Assembly (NCBI RefSeq): GCF_006345805.1
Contig: NC_042997.1
Span: 81,468,001-81,532,000 of the forward strand
DNA from: Octopus sinensis
Lineage: Eukaryota
Reading direction: 5' to 3'
DNA length: 64,000 nt
A program made the translations under genes and the position numbers. Positions 14,726-24,357 of this stretch are shown in pieces (within the stretch, counting starts at the first letter, position 1; each line of letters opens with the position of its first letter). The notes under the pieces were generated by a model that saw only the letters and a program-made list of their open reading frames with translations, was not told the origin of the DNA and ran no database searches.

Positions 14726-15096
14726 AGTCGGAACAGATATTTTCACGAGGCATTTCCGACCCTGCCAAGTTAATATCTGACCTAAAATTTTCAAATCATC
14801 GCACTCGCGCCAAATTTATCGGCAGCAAATAAATATAAGCCGTCGATTCCATTACGGAATTAACCAGAAAATTCATAATTAATCAATATAGGGTGGCAAA
14901 AAAATTTTGTAGATTTTTTTGCCACCAGCGGCCTAGTGGGAAAAAATTAAATAGTCATGGACCATTTTTAAGTTCAACATCAACAATCAAGGAACGGCCA
15001 TAATAGGCCATTCACCACTAGAAATAACAGCCAAAGCTTCAACTGCAAATAAAAGTCAATTCCGTAAACAGGAGAAAATTTAAAAAACATTTACCC

Positions 15097-18000
15097 TGTA
15101 ATTTCTTATACGATGCACCGTTTCGTCTGCTGTTTAATGGTAAACTAACCTGATTAAATTAAATCAAGCCAATCTTCCATAGGCCCTCAGATTCTTCAGT
15201 AAGAATAGCCACAAGTCGGAACAGATATTTTCACGAGGCATTTCCGACCCTGCCAAGTTAATATCTGACCTAAAATTTTCAAATCATCGCACTCGCGCCA
15301 AATTTATCGGCAGCAAATAAATATAAGCCGTCGATTCCATTACGGAATTAACCAGAAAATTCATAATTAATCAATATAGGGTGCCAAAAAAATTTTGTAG
15401 AATTTTTTTGCCACCAGCGGCCGAGTGGGAAAAAATTAAATAGTCATGGACCATTTTTAAGTTCAACATCAACAATCAAGGAACGGCCATAATAGGCCAT
15501 TCACCCACTAGAAATAACAGCCAAAGCTTCAACTGCAAATAAAAGTCAATTCCGTAAACAGGAGAAAATTTAAAAAACATTTACCCTGTAATTTCTTATA
15601 CGATGCACCGTTTCGTCTGCTGTTTAATGGTAAACTAACCTGATTAAATTAAATCAAGCCAATCTTCCATAGGCCCTCAGATTCTTCAGTAAGAAATAGC
15701 CACAAGTCGGAACAGATATTTTCACGAGGCATTTCCGACCCTGCCAAGTTAATATCTGACCTAAAATTTTCAAATCATCGCACTCGCGCCAAATTTATTG
15801 GCAGCAAATAAATATACGCCGTCGATTCCATTACGGAATTAACCAGAAAATTCATAATTAATCAATATAGGGTGCCAAAAAAATTTTGTAGAATTTTTTT
15901 TGCCACCAGCGGCCTAGTGGGAAAAAATTAAATAGTCATAGACCATTTTTAAGTTCAACATCAACAATCAAGGAACGGCCATAATAGGCCATTCACCCAC
16001 TAGAAATAACAGCCAAAGCTTCAACCGCAAATAAAAGTCAATTCCGTAAACAGGAGAAAATTTAAAAAACATTTACCCTGTAATTTCTTATACGATGCAC
16101 CGTTTCGTCTGCTGTTTAATGGTAAACTAACCTGATTAAATTAAATCAAGCCAATCTTCCATAGGCCCTCAGATTCTTCAGTAAGAAATAGCCACAAGTC
16201 GGAACAGATATTTTCACGAGGCATTTCCGACCCTGCCAAGTTAATATCTGACCTAAAATTTTCAAATCATCGCACTCGCGCCAAATTTATCGGCAGCAAA
16301 TAAATATAAGCCGTCGATTCCATTACGGAATTAACCAGAAAATTCATAATTAATCAATATAGGGTGCCAAAAAAATTTTGTAGAATTTTTTTGCCACCAG
16401 CGGCCTAGTGGGAAAAAATTAAATAGTCATAGACCATTTTTAAGTTCAACATCAACAATCAAGGAACGGCCATAATAGGCCATTCACCCACTAGAAATAA
16501 CAGCCAAAGCTTCAACCGCAAATAAAAGTCAATTCCGTAAACAGGAGAAAATTTAAAAAACATTTACCCTGTAATTTCTTATACGATGCACCGTTTCGTC
16601 TGCTGTTTAATGGTAAACTAACCTGATTAATTAAATCAAGCCAATCTTCCATAGGCCCTCAGATTCTTCAGTAAGAAATAGCCACAAGTCGGAACAGATA
16701 TTTTCACGAGGCATTTCCGACCCTGCCAAGTTAATATCTGACCTAAAATTTTCAAATCATCGCACTCGCGCCAAATTTATCGGCAGCAAATAAATATAAG
16801 CCGTCGATTCCATTACGGAATTAACCAGAAAATTCATAATTAATCAATATAGGGTGGCAAAAAAATTTTGTAGAATTTTTTTGCCACCAGCGGCCTAGTG
16901 GGAAAAAATTAAATAGTCATAGACCATTTTTAAGTTCAACATCAACAATCAAGGAACGGCCATAATAGGCCATTCACCCACTAGAAATAACAGCCAAAGC
17001 TTCAACCGCAAATAAAAGTCAATTCCGTAAACAGGAGAAAATTTAAAAAACATTTACCCTGTAATTTCTTATACGATGCACCGTTTCGTCTGCTGTTTAA
17101 TGGTAAACTAACCTGATTAAATTAAATCAAGCCAATCTTCCATAGGCCCTCAGATTCTTCAGTAAGAAATAGCCACAAGTCGGAACAGATATTTTCACGA
17201 GGCATTTCCGACCCTGCCAAGTTAATATCTGACCTAAAATTTTCAAATCATCGCACTCGCGCCAAATTTATCGGCAGCAAATAAATATAAGCCGTCGATT
17301 CCATTACGGAATTAACCAGAAAATTCATAATTAATCAATATAGGGTGCCAAAAACATTTTGTAGAATTTTTTTTGTCACCAGCGGCCTAGTGGGAAAAAA
17401 TTAAATAGTCATAGACCATTTTTAAGTTCAACATCAACAATCAAGGAACGGCCATAATAGGCCATTCACCCACTAGAAATAACAGCCAAAGCTTCAACCG
17501 CAAATAAAAGTCAATTCCGTAAACAGGAGAAAATTTAAAAAACATTTACCCTGTAATTTCTTATACGATGCACCGTTTCGTCTGCTGTTTAATGGTAAAC
17601 TAACCTGATTAAATTAAATCAAGCCAATCTTCCATAGGCCCTCAGATTCTTCAGTAAGAAATAGCCACAAGTCGGAACAGATATTTTCACGAGGCATTTC
17701 CGACCCTGCCAAGTTAATATCTGACCTAAAATTTTCAAATCATCGCACTCGCGCCAAATTTATCGGCAGCAAATAAATATAAGCCGTCGATTCCATTACG
17801 GAATTAACCAGAAAATTCATAATTAATCAATATAGGGTGGCAAAAAAATTTTGTAGAATTTTTTTGCCACCAGCGGCCTAGTGGGAAAAAATTAAATAGT
17901 CATAGACCATTTTTAAGTTCAACATCAACAATCAAGGAACGGCCATAATAGGCCATTCACCCACTAGAAATAACAGCCAAAGCTTCAACCGCAAATAAAA

Positions 18001-19142
18001 GTCAATTCCGTAAACAGGAGAAAATTAAAAAAAATTTACCCTGTAATTTCTTATACGATGCACCGTTTCGTCTGCTGTTTAATGGTAAACTAACCTGATT
18101 AAATTAAATCAAGCCAATCTTCCATAGGCCCTCAGATTCTTCAGTAAGAAATAGCCACAAGTCGGAACAGATATTTTCACGAGGCATTTCCGACCCTGCC
18201 AAGTTAATATCTGACCTAAAATTTTCAAATCATCGCACTCGCGCCAAATTTATCGGCAGCAAATAAATATAAGCCGTCGATTCCATTACGGAATTAACCA
18301 GAAAATTCATAATTAATCAATATAGGGTGGCAAAAAAATTTTGTAGAATTTTTTTGCCACCAGCGGCCTAGTGGGAAAAAATTAAATAGTCATAGACCAT
18401 TTTTAAGTTCAACATCAACAATCAAGGAACGGCCATAATAGGCCATTCACCCACTAGAAATAACAGCCAAAGCTTCAACAGCAAATAAAAGTTAATTCCG
18501 TAAACAGGAGAAAATTTAAAAAACATTTACCCTGTAATTTCTTATACGATGCACCGTTTCGTCTGCTGTTTAATGGTAAACTAACCTGATTAAATTAAAT
18601 CAAGCCAATCTTCCATAGGCCCTCAGATTCTTCAGTAAGAAATAGCCACAAGTCGGAACAGATATTTTCACGAGGCATTTCCGACCCTGCCAAGTTAATA
18701 TCTGACCTAAAATTTTCAAATCATCGCACTCGCGCCAAATTTATCGGCAGCAAATAAATATAAGCCGTCGATTCCATTACGGAATTAACCAGAAAATTCA
18801 TAATTAATCAATATAGGGTGCCAAAAACATTTTGTAGAATTTTTTTTGTCACCAGCGGCCTAGTGGGAAAAAATTAAATAGTCATAGACCATTTTTAAGT
18901 TCAACATCAACAATCAAGGAACGGCCATAATAGGCCATTCACCCACTAGAAATAACAGCCAAAGCTTCAACCGCAAATAAAAGTCAATTCCGTAAACAGG
19001 AGAAAATTTAAAAAACATTTACCCTGTAATTTCTTATACGATGCACCGTTTCGTCTGCTGTTTAATGGTAAACTAACCTGATTAAATTAAATCAAGCCAA
19101 TCTTCCATAGGCCCTCAGATTCTTCAGTAAGAAATAGCCACA
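15097..19142 (-). ncRNA. Nine further hammerhead motifs, one per unit
   Basis: 15097-15213 (one A missing in stem I), 15587-15704, 16079-16196, 16570-16686, 17060-17177, 17552-17669, 18042-18159, 18533-18650, 19025-19142. Core nucleotides are the same in all. Confidence 0.8.
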
Positions 19143-19715
19143 AGTCGGAACAGATATTTTCACGAGGCATTTCCGACCCTGCCAAGTTAATATCTGACCT
19201 AAAATTTTCAAATCATCGCACTCGCGCCAAATTTATCGGCAGCAAATAAATATAAGCCGTCGATTCCATTACGGAATTAACCAGAAAATTCATAATTAAT
19301 CAATATAGGGTGGCAAAAAAATTTTGTAGAATTTTTTTGCCACCAGCGGCCTAGTGGGAAAAAATTAAATAGTCATAGACCATTTTTAAGTTCAACATCA
19401 ACAATCAAGGAACGGCCATAATAGGCCATTCACCCACTAGAAATAACAGCCAAAGCTTCAACCGCAAATAAAAGTCAATTCCGTAAACAGGAGAAAATTT
19501 AAAAAACATTTACCCTGTAATTTCTTATACGATGCACCGTTTTGCCACCCTATATTGATTAATTATGAATTTTCTGGTTAATTCCGTAATGGAATCGACG
19601 GCTTATATTTATTTGCTGCTGATAAATTTGGCGCGAGTGCGATGATTTGAAAATTTTAGGTCAGATATTAACTTGGCAGGGTCGGAAATGCCTCGTGAAA
19701 ATATCTGTTCCGACT

Positions 19716-19833
19716 TGTGGCTATTTCTTACTGAAGAATCTGAGGGCCTATGGAAGATTGGCTTGATTTAATTTAATCAGGTTAGTTTACCATTAAACAG
19801 CAGACGAAACGGTGCATCGTATAAGAAATTACA
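19716..19833 (+). ncRNA. Type I hammerhead ribozyme motif (inverted unit 1)
   Basis: Stem I 19723-30/19822-29; CUGAAGA 19731-37; stem II 19739-42/19801-04; GAAA 19806-09; GUA 19819-21, predicted cut after 19821. Confidence 0.82.
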
Positions 19834-20206
19834 GGGTAAATGTTTTTTTAATTTTCTCCTGTTTACGGAATTGACTTTTATTTGCGGTTGAAGCTTTGGC
19901 TGTTATTTCTAGTGGGTGAATGGCCTATTATGGCCATTCCTTGATTGTTGATGTTGAACTTAAAAATGGTCTATGACTATTTAATTTTTTCCCACTAGGC
20001 CGCTGGTGGCAAAAAAATTCTACAAAATTTTTTTGCCACCCTATATTGATTAATTATGAATTTTCTGGTTAATTCCGTAATGGAATCGACGGCTTATATT
20101 TATTTGCTGCCAATAAATTTGGCGCGAGTGCGATGATTTGAAAATTTTAGGTCAGATATTAACTTGGCAGGGTCGGAAATGCCTCGTGAAAATATCTGTT
20201 CCGACT

Positions 20207-20324
20207 TGTGGCTATTTCTTACTGAAGAATCTGAGGGCCTATGGAAGATTGGCTTGATTTAATTTAATCAGGTTAGTTTACCATTAAACAGCAGACGAAA
20301 CGGTGCATCGTATAAGAAATTACA
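20207..20324 (+). ncRNA. Type I hammerhead ribozyme motif (inverted unit 2)
   Basis: CUGAAGA 20222-28, GAAA 20297-300, predicted cut after 20312, exactly 491 nt after the previous site. Confidence 0.82.
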
Positions 20325-20689
20325 GGGTAAATGTTTTTTAAATTTTCTCCTGTTTACGGAATTGACTTTTATTTGCGGTTGAAGCTTTGGCTGTTATTTC
20401 TAGTGGGTGAATGGCCTATTATGGCCGTTCCTTGATTGTTGATGTTGAACTTAAAAATGGTCTATGACTATTTAATTTTTTCCCACTAGGCCGCTGGTGG
20501 CAAAAAAATTCTACAAAATTTTTTTGGCACCGTATATTGATTAATTATATATATATATATATATACACATACATACAAATGCAAGCAAAGCAATATCAGC
20601 TTGAAACATAATGCAAGTTCTGCAAGTGAAGCAAACAATGAACAATTCTTCACACGACATGACATAACTTTTGTCTTGCATCTTCTATC

Positions 20690-20894
20690 TTTTACTTGCT
20701 TCAGTCATTAAACTGCAACCCTGCTGGAACATCACCTTGAAGAATTTTTAGCCAAATGATTTGACCCAAGTACTTATTTTTTGTTGAAGCTGGTATTTAC
20801 TCTATTGGTTCCTTTCACTGAGTAGCAAAGTTATGGGGACATAAACACACCATCATTAGTTGTTCAGCAGTAGTGGGGGACAAACACAATGACA

Positions 20895-20900
<6 letters not shown>
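20690..20900 (-). mobile_element. SINE family A tail fragment
   Basis: tttacttgcttcagtcattaaactgc...gcaaagttatggggacataaacacacc matches family A tails. Confidence 0.65.
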
Positions 20901-20964
<64 letters not shown>

Positions 20965-20980
<16 letters not shown>

Positions 20981-21195
20981 TGAGAATGTGTGTCTGTCTG
21001 TCTGTTTCCCTAAAACTTGAGAACTACACAACCAATTTCATTCAAATTTTACACATGCCTTACTTGGGGTCCATGTAGTGTCATGGGCAAAAAAAATGTT
21101 CAACTTCTTGCCTAGGGCGAGCTCATAGCAATATCATATCTTCTCCACTATTTCAGTATTACATGTTAAAAGTGAAACAAAAACATCTCTCTATT
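20965..21195 (+). mobile_element. Non-autonomous Helitron-like 5' fragment
   Basis: (TA)nTAAAA start followed by (CTGT)n, a common non-autonomous Helitron 5' signature. A related copy lies at 24811-25048. No 3' hairpin/CTRR found. Confidence 0.55.
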
Positions 21196-21533
21196 TTATA
21201 TCAGATACTTTCACTTTAACAATAAAAATTAGAGATAATAATAACAATTGAATTATATGAAGTAAGTAATAATTAAAATCAAACTAAAGTATAATATAAT
21301 AATTAAATCGTAACATAACAATTAAAAGTAAAAATAGCAATTGGTATAAAATTGCATCAATGACTTGAACTTGAATAAGTGGTTTCACGTGAATGGGAAT
21401 AAATTAGAAATAAAATTAAAGTGCAGAAATGGAATAGTCCAGATGGAGTTGTGCACATACCCTTTACCACAGCTTTTACATTAGATTTTCTGCTAATTAG
21501 CTAGCATTAAGTATCTATATGAAGTTTGGCTGT

Positions 21534-23187
21534 AGTCGTTTTCTGGCACCTGTGTGTAATTGCTTTGCCTGTTATTGTTTATTAAATTTTGTTAAATAGT
21601 ATTGTTGAATCTTGTCTGTCTGTATTGAGATAAACAAGGAAAAACCAGTTTGCCCCTCCCTAAGGGAGAAAATGGCAAGGAAAAATGTTTTTTACAAGCC
21701 TCAGTGAGTCGGACCTGTCGACCTCTGAGGAGGAACTGGAAAAGGCAGTGAGAAAATTGGACAGAGCACTCGAAGAAAAAATAACATACGTGCAAACGAC
21801 GAAGTCAATGGAAAAAGAGATAGACCTGGCTAAGTTGCCAGGTTATCAAAAATTTGTTACGAAAGTCGGTGGTGAAGTTGAATTGTCGCCGCCAAGGAAA
21901 AGAAGAGACTGGTATGAGAAGAGGACCATTACGTATAGAGTATTTGCCAACAAAAAAAGGAGAATAGAGTTGGTCGGCATGGAAATGGTAAAGGAAGCAC
22001 TGAGAATAACGGAAAAGGAGGTAGCGTTTCTCGCAAGAGGCGTTGGGTACAGCACCGTGGTTTTACAATTTAAAACTGAAAAAATGGCAAGGAGAAGGTC
22101 GGCGAAAACAATAAAGTCAGAGAAGGTATTCCTTCTGCCCTCGTATCTGGGAAGGAGGACGACCCGGATCAGGGTGGAAAGAATACCACCAGACATAGAC
22201 GGAGAGTGGATTATGGCAGCTATCATCAGTGCTAATGAAGATAAGGTGGACATTCTTCATGCCACGGTGAAGGACGAGGGAGGATGAAGAGGAGCAGTAC
22301 TGGAGATGAATGTCCAGGCGGAATCGGAGGTGTTGAAACAACTGGCCGAGAATATAACAATGGGAAACATCATTATGAGAGTATGGGTGGAGGGCAGAGC
22401 TCCTCGTTGTTACAAATGTGGCTTGAAGGGCCACATAAGAGCTAACTGTCCTCCCCCAACAAAAGAACAAAGAAAAGAACCAGCAAGAGAGGTAGAGGAA
22501 CCCCAGGAGGAGCAGAATACAGCGGAAGAGAAGCAAGTGGACAAGGAGGAATTACTAGCAGAATGGGAATCCATGGGAAGAAGGAGGAAGAGAAGGAGAA
22601 AAAAGCAAACTGTTCTGAACCCCAACCCACCTCATCACCACCCGCACCCTTTGTAGCCCACCCTTCCTCTGCAGATACTGAACCCACCTGCTCCCCACCA
22701 AGAAAACAAAAAAAAGATAACACAGACACACAGGATAACTTTTAAAATTCTTGTCCCCATATATTAGGTGTAATAAACAAGGAAGAAATATGTGAAATAT
22801 TGAGGGACTGGGGAAAGGGGGAATTGCAAGACAGCTGGGATATGGCGGGGTTGATGTATGTAGTAATATCAGAGGACCAAGAAAACGAACTCAAGGAAAA
22901 ACTTTAAAAAAGTTATAAATTGATTAGGAAAATAATTGAACTGGATAAGAGATATGAACTGGAATAAATATATGGGATGAAACTGGAGGACTACTTGTTT
23001 TTTATATTGATATAGGGAAGAAGGACAGGTAAGTGATGTTATCGGATGGGGCCGTTAACATCGTTTTCATTTCTCATTTTCTCAATTTTTCATCTTTCAT
23101 ACGTTTCTGTATTTTTGTGATGTTTTGTGTCCCCAATGTTTGTAATGCCCCCCTCTATGTAAGCCCTTTATAGGTAATAAAAAATAA
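21534..23187 (+). mobile_element. ORF1-only (gag-like, CCHC zinc knuckle) non-LTR-type element
   Basis: One ORF1-like frame, then about 500 bp, then AATAAAAAATAA at ~23177. No endonuclease or RT motifs. 5' end inferred from similarity to the start of the next element. Confidence 0.55.
21685..22656 (+). pseudogene. ORF1/gag-like protein with a single in-frame TGA (22285-87) and CX2CX4HX4C knuckle
   Basis: ORFs 21685-22287 and 22306-22656 are in the same frame (...DEGG*RGAVLEM...). RCYKCGLKGHIRANC is followed by an acidic then basic tail (RRRKRRRKK). Confidence 0.75.
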
Positions 23188-23188
23188 G

Positions 23189-24050
23189 TAATGTCTGTTT
23201 TCTTGAACATACGCTTCCACTGAGTACTGCTTTTGGTTTATTTCTTATCCATAAAGGGCTATAGCTTTTGCTGAGTACTGCTTTTTGATTCACCATAAGG
23301 TTTGTTATTATTATTATTACTGTTTAACTATTATCACATTTGTTGGTTCCTCGTAAGGGAAGCGTTGTTGTGTTGCATTTGTTAAATAATTGTAAACCGT
23401 AACCCTCCCCCTTTGAGAGAAGAAGCTTTGGTTATTGTTTAAAAATTGAATTGTGTCCCTGTTTGGGGAAATTGACAATATTTTCACCGTTTATATGGAA
23501 GTATTTTTGTTAATATGCCTTCGATAGAAGAAAGTCCAAAAATGAATTTCGCTGCAGCCATCGGCGGGCGCGAACTCATTAAAATTAAAATGGAAGAAAT
23601 ACAAACCTATTTCGGAATGATCCCCGACAAAGACGGTAAATCTAGGATAACACCACAAACGAAATAAAAAATTAAATTAAAGAAAAGACTATTGTCTATA
23701 AAGTATACAATGTAGAGAAAAAAAAAAGATTTGAACACCTGGAGGAAAGCACCATCGAAAAGTGTCTTGGTGCGACTATGAAAGATATCAAGTATCTAAC
23801 TAGAGGCGGTAAATTCACCACAATAGAAGCAAGGTTCGAGTCAACGGAGCGTGCAAGGGAGTACTCGACTCGAACCTTGCAAAGTGGAAATATTTTATTT
23901 CTACCTTTATATCTGGGACGTAGGACATCCCTGATAAAAATTTAAAATGTCCCCCCAGAAGTAGAGGTAGGCTGGATTGTAGCCACACTTCTATACAAGA
24001 GGGAGGACAAGATACAATTGATCGAAATTGCAAGAGACAGACCTACAATT
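23189..24050 (+). pseudogene. Second, diverged ORF1/gag-like copy, 3'-truncated
   Basis: Frame from 23679: KEKTIVYKVY..KKKRFE...YLTRGGKFTTI..F...FLPLYLGRRTSLIKI*NVPPEVEVGWIVA aligns by eye with EKRTITYRVF..KKRRIE...FLARGVGYSTV..F...LLPSYLGRRTTRIRVERIPPDIDGEWIMA of the upstream ORF. Confidence 0.75.
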
Positions 24051-24220
24051 CCAGTCTGTTATATATTTTGAGTATTGTTATCACTAGCGATATCAAGATA
24101 TAACTTTGTATTTTGTATTTTATGTGTAGATATATATATATAGATGTACATGTAATATGTACACATATATATATACACATATATACATGCATAATATAGC
24201 CACCCATACACACATACATA

Positions 24221-24357
24221 GGAGCAGGTGTGGCTGTGTAGTAACAAACTACGTTCCAAACACATGGTCCTGGGTTCAGTCCCACTGTATGGTGACTTGG
24301 CATGTGTCTTCTGCTATAGCCTCAGACCAACCAAAGCCTTCTCAGTGGATTTTGTAC
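24221..24357 (+). mobile_element. SINE family A head
   Basis: ggagcaggtgtggctgtgtagtaa (A box)...gggttcagtccc (B box)...gtgtcttctgctatagcc. Confidence 0.8.

Larger units (their letters stand above)
14489..19542 (-). repeat. Tandem array of ~491-bp units (10 full + ~0.3), hammerhead-sense on the minus strand; retrozyme-like
   Basis: CAACAATCAAGG recurs at 14491, 14981, 15470, 15962, 16453, 16943, 17435, 17926, 18416, 18908 and 19399 (periods 489-492). Units differ at only a few positions. No ORF of 60 aa or more in the track. Confidence 0.97.
19540..20548 (+). repeat. Inverted continuation of the same array (~2.05 units), hammerhead-sense on the plus strand
   Basis: Reverse complement of the unit. 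G(C/G)CACC landmarks at 19544, 20035 and 20526 (period 491). Ends in (TA)n at 20548. Confidence 0.97.

Noticed and set aside
14727-14780. Canonical HDV-like ribozyme on the strand opposite the hammerhead
   Set aside because: P3 would be AUU/GGC with two extra bases before P1', P1.1 would need GG but reads CC, and J4/2 spacing is wrong. Kept only as a long-shot test.
14890-14940. Hairpin followed by CTAG|T in each unit, suggesting a tandem Helitron array
   Set aside because: The stem is mostly A/T runs, and neither array end nor the inversion junction coincides with CTAG. The hammerhead and one-strand G.U pattern explain the unit better.
15040-20112. Unit variants converting G.U to A-U pairs (15043 region, 19936, 20111) as covariation evidence
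   Set aside because: All are CpG transitions, expected from methylation decay, and one other variant (unit 9 AACAGC) breaks a pair. They are not independent evidence of selection.
14489-20548. CRISPR array, 5S/snRNA/tRNA cluster or Pol III transcription unit
   Set aside because: No unique spacers and no recognisable RNA-gene sequence. The AU7G stretch is paired in a stem and varies in length. A/B-box matches are poor and internal T runs would terminate Pol III.
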